Below are positions 8,775-17,993 of a DNA stretch of 52,328 bases, in pieces; within the stretch, counting starts at the first letter, position 1; each line of letters begins with the position of its first letter. Where the stretch lies: assembly GCA_050239825.1 (NCBI GenBank), contig JBFXGO010000003.1, positions 21,277-73,604 of the forward strand, written 5' to 3'. The stretch is from a bacterium (GTDB taxonomy: Bacteria; Hydrothermota; 32-111). The notes under the pieces are model-generated. The model was not told the DNA's origin, did not search any database, and was given only the letters and a program-made list of their open reading frames with translations. A program made the translations under genes and the position numbers.

Positions 8775-10308
8775 GAATTGAAGCAAAGCTTGTTTAATCA
8801 CTATAAATTAAATGGATTTGAAGAAAACTTTGACTACGATTTGAAAAAGAAACAAGACAGCAAAACCGCAAAATATCTTTTAGAATACGACAAAGATTAT
8901 CCAGTGGAAGATAATAAGATTTCTTTTGCACATTTTATCAATCGAATGAGTTTTTGGATGGCAACTGGTTCCGGTAAAACGCTGATTATTGTTAAATTGA
9001 TTGAGCTTTTAGGACTGCTTATTTCAAAAGGTGAAATTCCCCCAAACGATATTCTATTTTTAGCACACAAGCACACAGAGATGACCTTTTGGACCAATTC
9101 AAAAATCATGTTGATGAATTTAACAGCTTTAATTTTGACACAAAGATAAATCTCAGAAATTTGAGGGATTATGAGAGCGTAAAGCGCGAAAATGCCCTGC
9201 CATTTGCCAAAAACGAGATTACTGTTTTTTATTATCGTTCCGATTTGATTTCTGATGAGCAGAAAGAAAAAATCGTCAATTTCAGAAATTACGATAATAG
9301 TGGCAAGTGGTACATTCTTTTGGACGAAGCCCACAAAGGCGATAAAGAAGACAGCAAACGACAGATTTTATACTCCATACTATCAAGAAACGGATTTTTA
9401 TTTAATTTCTCTGCTACCTTTACCGACCCGAGGGACTTTGCGACCTGCGCCTTTAACTTCAATCTTTCAAGGTTCGTTGAAGAAGGATACGGCAAGCATA
9501 TTTATGTATCCTCTGCCGAAATTGGCGCCTTTCGCGGACGAGGCGATTTTTCTCCGATTGAAAAACAAAAAATCGTTTTAAAATCGCTTTTGCTTTTAAC
9601 TTACATCAACAAGTATTTTGAAAAAATCAGGAAAGTTAATAACGCTTTATATCACCACCCCCTGCTTCTAACGCTGGTTAATTCCGTAGATGTGGAAGAA
9701 TCTGATTTGGAGTTATTTTTTAGAGAGTTAGAAAAAGTAGCGAAGAACGAAATTAGGGCAGATTTGCTCAATAAAGCAAAACACGAACTTGTTCAAGAAT
9801 TTAGCGACTATCCATCATTTGAGTTTGAGGAGTTGGAATGTGTAGTAAATGCCGATTTAATTTCAAAGTTAGATTACAAAGATATTTTGAAATATGTTTT
9901 GAATGCCAAAACTTCGGGCAACATTGAAGTTCTAAAAATCCCCGGCAATAGGAATGAATTGATTTTTAGGTTAATGACGGCTGATAAACCGTTTGCGTTA
10001 ATCAAAATCGGCGATATTTCCGGCTGGCTGAAAGATAAACTTGAGGGATATGAAATAAACGAAAGTTTTGAAAACGAAAGTTATTTCAGACGAATAAATC
10101 ACGATGATTCCGACATAAATATTTTAATGGGTTCACGCTCTTTTTATGAGGGCTGGGATTCTAACAGGCCAAACATACTTTTGTTTGTAAATATTGGAGT
10201 TGGAAGCGACGCCAAAAAATTCGTTCTGCAATCGGTCGGCAGAGGCGTAAGAATAGAGCCAAAGAAACACCAAAGAAAGCGGCTTCAAAATTTGTTCAAC
10301 GCAGTAAA

Positions 10309-10397
10309 AACACCCCGTCAGAATTCCCCTTCTATGAAGGGGTGTCAGGCGAAGCCTGACGGGGTAGTTTCTGACACCCCTCTAAAAGAGGGGAATT
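10309..10397. repeat. Nested pair of in-frame hairpin elements in res
   Basis: Forward copy AACACCCCGTCAG...TCTGACACCCCTCTAAAAGAGGGGAATT, with a reverse copy (10322-10369) in place of its inner loop. Confidence 0.85.
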
Positions 10398-11793
10398 TAG
10401 AGCAGTTGTTTGAAAAGGTTAAAAATCTGATTTTGCCTCTTGAGAGCTTGTTTATTTTTGGGACTAACGCAGAAAATTTGAAAGAGATAATGGCAACTCT
10501 AAAAGCAGAAAAGCAAGATAAAAATTTGGGCGAAGCTTTTATCCTTAATCCTGAAGTACAAAATCGTTTACTTTTAATACCGGTATATAAAACTACTGAA
10601 AGGATTTTTGCCGAAGAAAAAGACCCGCAAAAATATCCTATTAGCACTGATGATTTTAATATAACATCTCAATTCTACGACTTTATAGGTGATAAAATCA
10701 CTTTGGCTAAATATGATTGTGAAGTGAAAGTTTTAAAGAAAGCAAAAGAAAGTTTTTCTGTGAAAAATAAAAATAGATATTATACGCTTGGCAAAGATGA
10801 ACCATCGCTTTTTGAACCGGAATTAATTCTGGACCGGATTTTTGATTATCTTGGAGTTAAAAGCAAAGAGTTTGAGAAGTTCAAGGAGTTGGAAAATGAA
10901 ATCGTGCATTTTAGAAAGGTTAGATTTAGCAATGCTGAAAAATACGAAGAAATAAGAAAGAAAATTGATTTCATGAAGCAATATCCTGAAAAGAAAAAAG
11001 AGTTAGACGAAAATTATGGCAAAATATCCGCAGATAAATATGCTGAGCAGTTGAAGCTATTTGAAGAAACAGGAAAGTATGAAGTCAAAAACCAAAAAAT
11101 CAAAATCAAGTATTTGGCTAACCATTATTATATTCCAGTGATCGTTTCAGAAACCGAAAAAATTGATTATCTCAATCATATTATCAATGTTGATAGCGAG
11201 GTAAGATTTATTGAGCAACTGGAAGAATATCTGGCCAAACCAAATAATGTATTTACGCAATTTGATTGGTGGATGTTTTCAAAGCTTGACCAAACGCTGG
11301 ACGAAGTATTTATCCCTTATTACAATCCAAAAGAAAATAGAATTGATAATTATCACCCTGACTTTATTTTTTGGATGCAGAAAGGGAAGGAATACCTAAT
11401 TCTGTTTGCGGATCCAAAAGGTACAAGCTTCGCCACTTATCAGCATAAAGTAGATGGTTACAAAAGAATTTTCGAAAGTAAGATGTTTTCGTACAACGGA
11501 TATGTAATTTCAACCAATTTGCTTCTGTATACAAAAAGCATAGCCGAAGTTGGAGAAGGATACAGAAAGTACTGGTTTGATAACTTCGTTGATTTTGCAG
11601 ATAAACTACTAATAAGAAAGAATTTGCCGCCAAGCTCGGCAAAGCCGAGCAATCCGCCGAAGGCGGATTAAAAACTTGGAATCGTCCTTTCCGTTTCCGT
11701 TTAAAGGCGAGGCGGGCGGAAGGGGGATTTGGGGGGAATTCCGCCCGCCGAGACCGTTAATGAAATCGGTTCGAATTTTTTCAAATACGTCCA

Positions 11794-11842
11794 GAAAATA
11801 TAGACCGTGCGAAAGCACGGTTTTTTATTTTGGGAGCGGGAT
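11794..11842. repeat. Right-hand remainder of the 145-bp repeat unit interrupted by the island
   Basis: 49 bp identical to 128-176. Confidence 0.9.
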
Positions 11843-11896
11843 ATGGCTGAAACAAGTTCAGCCGCTTAAGATTAAGTACAGGAAGAATGCACAAAC

Positions 11897-12460
11897 AAAG
11901 CGGCGAAGCGGAGTGTGTGAGCTGACGCTATGCCCGCGTGTAGCCCCAGCTCAATCTTCAATTATCAATAATCAATCAACAATAACAATAAACTGATAGA
12001 CCCTTCACGATAGTCATAACCATAGAGGCGTTCAGGGTGACACTATTGATTAAGATTTTGTCTTTACAGTAATCTTCACAAAGTTCTGGTGCAACCCGAT
12101 ACCTCTATCATGTGCGTTCGCGCACATTACACCCGCGCCAATGCTTTGTGAAGATTCAATCAATTAAATAACTTATTGAAAATGTAAGCTACAAGTCGGC
12201 GAGGACGCTCCGCGCAGACGCCCATCAAGTGGTTCTCTCCTTGCTCCGCTAACCCATCTTGATAAAGCGGCGAAGCGGAGTGTGTGAGCCGGCGCTTGTC
12301 TTACCTGCCGCCACCAAACAATCTTTAATAATCAATAAACAATAAACTGATAGACCCTTCACGATAGTCATAACCATAGAGGCGTTCAGGGTGACACAGT
12401 TGAGTAGGATTTTGTCTTTACTGACTACTGAGTGTGTGAGCCGGCGCTACACCTGCCAGC
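11897..12460. repeat. Intergenic direct repeats (11897-12067, 12264-12421, partial ~12430-12448) with REP-like palindromes
   Basis: Shared AAAGCGGCGAAGCGGAGTGTGTGAGC and AACAATAAACTGATAGACCCTTCACGATAGTCATAACCATAGAGGCGTTCAGGGTGACAC. Confidence 0.8.
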
Positions 12461-12564
12461 GGCCAGTAAAAAATGCAGCTTTTTGAAACCACCGTCCCTT
12501 TATAAAGCATATGTATCTTGTTGAATCATTGACATTTGATTATTTATATGATATTTTATATATT

Positions 12565-13341
12565 ATGAAAAATGTTATTTTTACAGTCAGTTTGTTCATT
12601 ATATTCCTATACATTGCAAGTGATGAATGTCCGTTTGGCTTAAAAGACGACCCTTATCCGGGCAAGTGCGGAAGGTATGTTGATGAAGACAACAATGATG
12701 TGTGCGACCTTTCGGAGAATGCTATTGTTGATTCTTTTGAAGCAAAGGATTCTACTTATGAGTCAGAAGAAGTGAAAGAGAATGTAATTCTTGCTGACAA
12801 TGAAGGTGAAGGAGAAAAAAACAGGCACGGCAAGAATAACGATAATCACGATGAAGAGCAGAGTAAAGATGCAACCGCAGAATCATTGATTGTTCCTGAA
12901 ATAACCGATATACAGCTTAGTAAAAACAGCAATTCGGACAAAGAGAAAACGCAGATAAAAGACCTCTTCGGCGGTAAAAAGAAAAAACAAGCAAAAACAT
13001 TTTCTGACAAATACTTTTTATCGGTTCTTCTCCCGCTGTTTATATTTGCCATGATTTTCTCATATTTATCAAAGAAGAAAAGAATATCTGTAGACATATA
13101 CAGTATAAATAGGTGGACAAACTTAGCCATTCTTATTGCATTTGCAGTAACGGCTTTTACTTCAATAATGCTTGTACTGGCTGAATACAAACTAATTCAA
13201 GTGAAGAATCTTTCAACACTTATTTTCATTCACAGTTTTACGGGAATTATATTCCTGCTTTTGTCGCTTCTGCACATTTATCTGAAATGGGAGTTCTATG
13301 TGACTTTTTTCAATTGTTACATTAAAAAGGACTACAAATGA
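12565..13341 (+). CDS. Membrane protein: signal/TM segment, Cys-rich motif, acidic linker, 3 C-terminal TM helices (DUF4405-like)
   Basis: CPFGLKDDPYPGKCGRYVDEDNNDVCDLS; C-terminal TMs with His residues (IHSFTG, LHIYLKW). Start moved to ATG 12565 because a TTGACA/TATTTT promoter lies at 12529-12557. Confidence 0.6.
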   Translation: MKNVIFTVSLFIIFLYIASDECPFGLKDDPYPGKCGRYVDEDNNDVCDLSENAIVDSFEAKDSTYESEEVKENVILADNEGEGEKNRHGKNNDNHDEEQSKDATAESLIVPEITDIQLSKNSNSDKEKTQIKDLFGGKKKKQAKTFSDKYFLSVLLPLFIFAMIFSYLSKKKRISVDIYSINRWTNLAILIAFAVTAFTSIMLVLAEYKLIQVKNLSTLIFIHSFTGIIFLLLSLLHIYLKWEFYVTFFNCYIKKDYK

Positions 13342-15896
13342 AAGCTCAGAATCTGAGAGAGAGTTATCTGAATTTTTTTAAAGACCGCGGACACAGAGTT
13401 TATGAATCATCATCTCTAATTCCCGAGAATGACCCCACGCTTCTGTTTACAGTTGCAGGAATGGTCCAATTCAAGCCAATGTTCGCAGGCCTTGTCTCTC
13501 TCGACTGTAGACGCGCCACATCAATTCAGAAATGTCTCCGCGTTGTAGATATTGAAGAGGTCGGAAAATCTCCTTTTCATGACACATTTTTCGAGATGCT
13601 TGGAAATTTCTCATTTGGCGACTATTTTCAGAAGGAGTCAATAAATTGGGCGTGGGAATATCTCACAAAAAATCTGGCTATTGACAAAAACCGCCTTTAT
13701 GTGACTGTACATAAGGATGATTCCGCCGCGTATGATATTTGGAGCAGAGATATAGGTTTATCAAAGGATAGAATTATTATAATGGACGACAAAACGAATT
13801 TCTGGGGTCCGGCCGGCGGCACAGGAGCATGCGGTCCTTCAAGCGAGATTTTTTATGATTTCGGACCGGGGACGGAAGACCGTTCTCCATGCACAATTGA
13901 GAATGACTGTAAAAGGTTTGTTGAGGTGTGGAATATAGTGTTTCCTCAATTCAATCAGGATATGGAGGGTAAAAGGCACCCACTGAAAAACAGGGGAGTC
14001 GATACAGGCATGGGTCTTGAGCGCCTCGCCTGTGTGATGCAGGAGAAGAAGACGATTTTTGAAACCGACCTGTTCATGCCTGTAATTGATAAGCTCTGTA
14101 ATGACCATTCCATAGATTATGAGAAGAACAGGCACATTGTGAATTCAATAGCAGACCATGTGAGAGCTCTGACATTTACAATAAGCGACGGAATTATACC
14201 CGAAAATGACGGAAGGGGATATGTGATAAGAAGAATACTGAGGCGGGCTCTGCGGCTTGGCTATAAGATGGGCATAGAAAAGCCATTTCTATTCGAACTT
14301 ACCAATTCGATTGTAGATAACATGTCCTCTCAATATAAAAACTTATCTACGGAGCATGCAAAGGTTAGAAAGATAATAGAATCAGAAGAGACAAGATTCC
14401 TCAAAACAATAGCTCAGGGTGTGGAACTCTATGAATTTCATAAATCAAAATCTGCTGACGGAATAATTAAGGGCGAAATTCTGTTCCAGCTTTATGACAC
14501 ATTCGGATTTCCCATTGACCTTGTTAAACAGATGGCTGAGGAGGATTCTCTTGCAGTAGATGAAAAAAAATTTGAAAATCTCCTTGAAGAGGCAAAGACG
14601 AAATCCCGCTCTTCTAAAAAATTTCAGGAAAAGAGCTCATCTGATTATACAATATACAATGATTCAGTGAGCGAATTTACCGGTTACGAGAGAGTTTCAG
14701 ACAAATCAAAACTGCTTATGTTTAGAACGATAGGGAATGAAAAAATCGAGGCATTGTTTGAAAAAACGCCTTTCTACGCGGAATCAGGCGGCCAGATAGG
14801 AGATTCAGGTGTAATAACCGGAGAAAATTTTGAGATGATTGTCGAAAACACAATCAAATCACCTCTTGGAAACATGCATTCAGGCAGAATTAAAAAGGGG
14901 ACATTTACAAAAGAAGCAATATATGAACTTAATGTTGATGAAATGAAGAGAAGACGCATTGAGAGAAACCACACGGCTACGCATCTTCTGCAGGATGCCC
15001 TCAGAAATGTGCTTGGAAATCATGTAAAGCAGGAGGGTTCCTTTGTATCCGATGAGAGACTCCGATTTGACTTCACGCACTTCTCGCAGATGTCTTCGGA
15101 AGAGATGAAACTGGTTGAAGAGAGAGTTAATGAAACAATTGAGAGGGATATCGCCGTTGAATGGGAAAACAAAAATTATGATGAAGCTGTAAAAAACGGC
15201 GCGACAGCTCTCTTCAAGGAAAAGTATGGAGACAAGGTAAGGGTTGTCACAGTAGGAAATGTGTCTATGGAGCTCTGCGGAGGCACACATGTGAGAAGAA
15301 CTTCACAGATAGGACTCTTCAGAATAGTTTCGGAGCAGTCTGTGGCGGCGGGAATAAGACGACTTGAGTGCATGACTTCTAAAGAGGCATTGAAACTCTA
15401 TCAGGAAGAGAGAGAATCTTTAAAAGAGATGATGATGCTTCTTCAGACAATTGATGGGAAAGATGCTTCGGATAAGTTAAAAAAACTTATTTCGGATAAA
15501 AAGGAATTTGATAGGATAAGAGAGGAAAGCGCAAAAGAGTCGTCTAAAATTCTCTCTGAAAAGACAATAGAGGGTGGGCGCAAGATAAATAGCACCTTCT
15601 ATGTGTATGAAGTATTTGAAGAATTGAATGTTGACATGCTTCGTCTTATAATGGATAATATAAAATCAACTGAGAAATCAGTTGTCGGAATTCTCAGCTC
15701 CGTAAATAAAGGCGGAATGAGCTATGTTGTCTTCTCGCAGAATTCAGAAAAGGATGCTCGGGAAATAATAAAAAGATTAAATCTGGAGCTTGGAGGCAAA
15801 GGCGGCGGAAGAGCAGATTTCTGCTCCGGAAGTTCGAAAGAATCTATTAAGAAAATTGAAGTTTTGGAAATTGTAAAAAAATGCATAACGGAGTAA
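13338..15896 (+). CDS. alaS: Alanine--tRNA ligase
   Basis: DPTLLFTVAGMVQFKP, FFEMLGNFSFGDYF, DTGMGLERL, TPFYAESGGQ, editing motifs NHTATHLL and ELCGGTH. Confidence 0.98.
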   Translation: MKAQNLRESYLNFFKDRGHRVYESSSLIPENDPTLLFTVAGMVQFKPMFAGLVSLDCRRATSIQKCLRVVDIEEVGKSPFHDTFFEMLGNFSFGDYFQKESINWAWEYLTKNLAIDKNRLYVTVHKDDSAAYDIWSRDIGLSKDRIIIMDDKTNFWGPAGGTGACGPSSEIFYDFGPGTEDRSPCTIENDCKRFVEVWNIVFPQFNQDMEGKRHPLKNRGVDTGMGLERLACVMQEKKTIFETDLFMPVIDKLCNDHSIDYEKNRHIVNSIADHVRALTFTISDGIIPENDGRGYVIRRILRRALRLGYKMGIEKPFLFELTNSIVDNMSSQYKNLSTEHAKVRKIIESEETRFLKTIAQGVELYEFHKSKSADGIIKGEILFQLYDTFGFPIDLVKQMAEEDSLAVDEKKFENLLEEAKTKSRSSKKFQEKSSSDYTIYNDSVSEFTGYERVSDKSKLLMFRTIGNEKIEALFEKTPFYAESGGQIGDSGVITGENFEMIVENTIKSPLGNMHSGRIKKGTFTKEAIYELNVDEMKRRRIERNHTATHLLQDALRNVLGNHVKQEGSFVSDERLRFDFTHFSQMSSEEMKLVEERVNETIERDIAVEWENKNYDEAVKNGATALFKEKYGDKVRVVTVGNVSMELCGGTHVRRTSQIGLFRIVSEQSVAAGIRRLECMTSKEALKLYQEERESLKEMMMLLQTIDGKDASDKLKKLISDKKEFDRIREESAKESSKILSEKTIEGGRKINSTFYVYEVFEELNVDMLRLIMDNIKSTEKSVVGILSSVNKGGMSYVVFSQNSEKDAREIIKRLNLELGGKGGGRADFCSGSSKESIKKIEVLEIVKKCITE

Positions 15897-15898
15897 TT

Positions 15899-16075
15899 AT
15901 GGATTACATCGAAACAGACAAAGAAAAGTGCTCTCTCTGCGGAGGGTGCGTGGCTGTGTGTCCTATGAAGGTTATACTCATGCACAAGGATTTTCTCGAA
16001 TTCAAAGAAGGCTGCATTAAGTGCGACAAATGCATTACAGTGTGTCCTTCGGGAGCGTTAAGCAAAAATGAATAA
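15899..16075 (+). CDS. 2x[4Fe-4S] ferredoxin
   Basis: CSLCGGCVAVCP and CIKCDKCITVCP. Confidence 0.9.
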   Translation: MDYIETDKEKCSLCGGCVAVCPMKVILMHKDFLEFKEGCIKCDKCITVCPSGALSKNE

Positions 16076-17273
16076 ATACGATGTCATAGTCATAGGAGGA
16101 GGTCCTGCGGGGCTTCATGCGGCGAGAAATATTGCAGAGGACTACAAAGTTCTCGTGATTGAGAAGGACAGTGAAATTGGGGAACCGGTCTTATGCGCGG
16201 AAGGAATCTCGAATAACACACTCAAAACATTTTTCAAAGAAGAGAATCTTCCCTTCATCAGGAACAGGTTCAACAAAATTACAATCAAATACAAAGATTT
16301 GAAGGCTTCAATAGAAATACCTGACATGGGGCTTCTCGTCGACAGGTCCAAATTCGACAAATACATTGCAGAAGCGGCGGCAAAGAGGGGAGTCGAAATC
16401 AAGCTTGATACCCTTGTGACAGATGCCATTCTAAAGGAAGACCATGTTCTTGTAAAAACCGAAGCCGGCGAGTATGAGGCGAGGATGGTCATAGTCGCTG
16501 ATGGAGTAGAATCATACATCGGCCACAAACTCGGTCTTGAGACAGTGTGTCAGCTTAATGATATGTACTCATGCCATCAATATATAATCTCTGACGAAAA
16601 TATAAATGATGATGAGATAATCTTTGATTTTTCTCCGGAATATGCTCCGGGAGGATATGTGTGGGCATTTCCGAGAGGCGAGAAACAGGCGAATTTCGGG
16701 CTTGGAATAAATGCAGAAATGATGAAGAACAGGCCAGTTGAATCTTTAAAAAATTACAAAGAAAAAAACTATCCGAATGCAAAAATTCTGCGCTCTTTCA
16801 GCGGATGCGTTTCTGTAAATCCGCTCTCAAGATTATACGGAGAGAGAATGCTTATTGTGGGTGATGCCGCAAGATACGCGGATCCGATAACAGGCGGAGG
16901 AATAGACAATGCTCTCCGCACAGCGGGATTCGCAGGACAGGTCGCAAATATTGTGCTCAAGGAAGACAACTTTTCTCTCAAAAAGATGTCTATGTATAAT
17001 GAATTTGTTGAGAAGGACAACTGGTACTCCATAAAGCGGCAGCTTCAGCTTAAAAAGATGATGGCTGAAATGACTGAGGAGGAGCTTGATAAGTTTTTTG
17101 CTTCTTCTTTAGGTTTGTTCGACGGGAAAAAAGTATTCTCATCGGATTTCTACTCGACAATCTATTCACTCAAATCAACGATTAAGACCGCCGGACTTTT
17201 ATACAACCTGCTCGGTTCGCTGACGAAAGACAAGTATCTTCTCAAAATCATCATGAGGCTTCTGTGGCAGTAA
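16068..17273 (+). CDS. Geranylgeranyl reductase family flavoprotein (archaeal DGGGPL reductase-like)
   Basis: GGGPAG FAD motif, PVLCAEG, ADGVES, APGGYVWAFP (PxxYxWxFP), GDAA...PITGGGI. Confidence 0.85.
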   Translation: MNKYDVIVIGGGPAGLHAARNIAEDYKVLVIEKDSEIGEPVLCAEGISNNTLKTFFKEENLPFIRNRFNKITIKYKDLKASIEIPDMGLLVDRSKFDKYIAEAAAKRGVEIKLDTLVTDAILKEDHVLVKTEAGEYEARMVIVADGVESYIGHKLGLETVCQLNDMYSCHQYIISDENINDDEIIFDFSPEYAPGGYVWAFPRGEKQANFGLGINAEMMKNRPVESLKNYKEKNYPNAKILRSFSGCVSVNPLSRLYGERMLIVGDAARYADPITGGGIDNALRTAGFAGQVANIVLKEDNFSLKKMSMYNEFVEKDNWYSIKRQLQLKKMMAEMTEEELDKFFASSLGLFDGKKVFSSDFYSTIYSLKSTIKTAGLLYNLLGSLTKDKYLLKIIMRLLWQ

Positions 17274-17992
17274 TTGACATTTTAAATAAAAGATTTAAAA
17301 ATAAGAAGAAGGGTTATCTGGTGCTTGTCGATCCCGAAAAAAAATCAATTGACATTGACAGAATAGTGAAAAATGTCAATAAATCCTATGTTGATGCTCT
17401 TCTCGTCGGGGGAAGCAAGTGCAAAAGAGCAGGATTCAATTCTTTCATAAAAAAACTGAAAGAGAAAACGGATGTGCCGCTTGTCTTGTTTCCCGGCTCC
17501 CACGACCAACTTTCAAAAGAAGCGGACGCAATACTTCTTCTCTCCCTCATTAACAGCCTTTCTATCAAACATATCATAGGTGAACATATAGACGGAGCTG
17601 AAAAAATTGTTGAAAGCGGAATAGAAATTATTCCGACTGCTTATATCGTTATGGACAGCATGGGCACTACAAGTGTGTCAAAGACGGCTCAGATTCTTAA
17701 ACTCAAGAATGAAAAGGATGTCAGGAAATACCTATATGCATCCTCAATGATGTCATACAGTGTTGTGTATCTTGAAGCCGGAAGCGGAGCTGAACATACA
17801 ATCAAAGAGTCTGTCATAAAAACAGCGAGAGGCATAATCGATAAGCCTATAATAGTCGGAGGAGGAATTAAAGAGAAAAGAACTGCGCAGAGGATTCTCT
17901 CCGCAGGGGCTGATTTCATAGTAACAGGCAATGCAATTGAAAAGAATCCCGACCTTATTCTTGATTTCGGATCTATTGTAAAGGGATTTTGA
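17264..17992 (+). CDS. Geranylgeranylglyceryl/heptaprenylglyceryl phosphate synthase (group II-like)
   Basis: LVDPEK, LVGGS, LFPG, PTAYI, YLEAGSGA, IVGGGI, AGADFIVTGN motifs; GTG start. Confidence 0.88.
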   Translation: MAVIDILNKRFKNKKKGYLVLVDPEKKSIDIDRIVKNVNKSYVDALLVGGSKCKRAGFNSFIKKLKEKTDVPLVLFPGSHDQLSKEADAILLLSLINSLSIKHIIGEHIDGAEKIVESGIEIIPTAYIVMDSMGTTSVSKTAQILKLKNEKDVRKYLYASSMMSYSVVYLEAGSGAEHTIKESVIKTARGIIDKPIIVGGGIKEKRTAQRILSAGADFIVTGNAIEKNPDLILDFGSIVKGF

Positions 17993-17993
17993 G

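Larger units (their letters stand above)
8562..11671 (+). pseudogene. res: Type III R-M restriction subunit (Res), split by an 8-bp duplication
   Basis: Walker A MATGSGKT in 8562-9149; LLDEAH, FSAT, EGWD, QSVGRGVR and C-terminal PDF...ADPKG in 9089-11671. Removing one AGCACACA (9062-9077) restores FLAHRDDLLDQFK. Confidence 0.85.
273..11793 (+). mobile_element. Defence island (~11.5 kb) inserted into a repeat unit; no integrase inside
   Basis: The left flank ends ...CCCTGCTCCAAAG (272) and the right flank resumes GAAAATATAGACCGTGCG (11794). Joined, they rebuild the intact junction seen at 113-176. Confidence 0.75.

Noticed and set aside
11609..11996. ORFs 11676-11996 (+) and 11609-11818 (-)
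   Set aside because: They span palindromes, the island junction and repeats. The minus-strand DVFEKIRTDF only weakly recalls a recombinase C-terminus.
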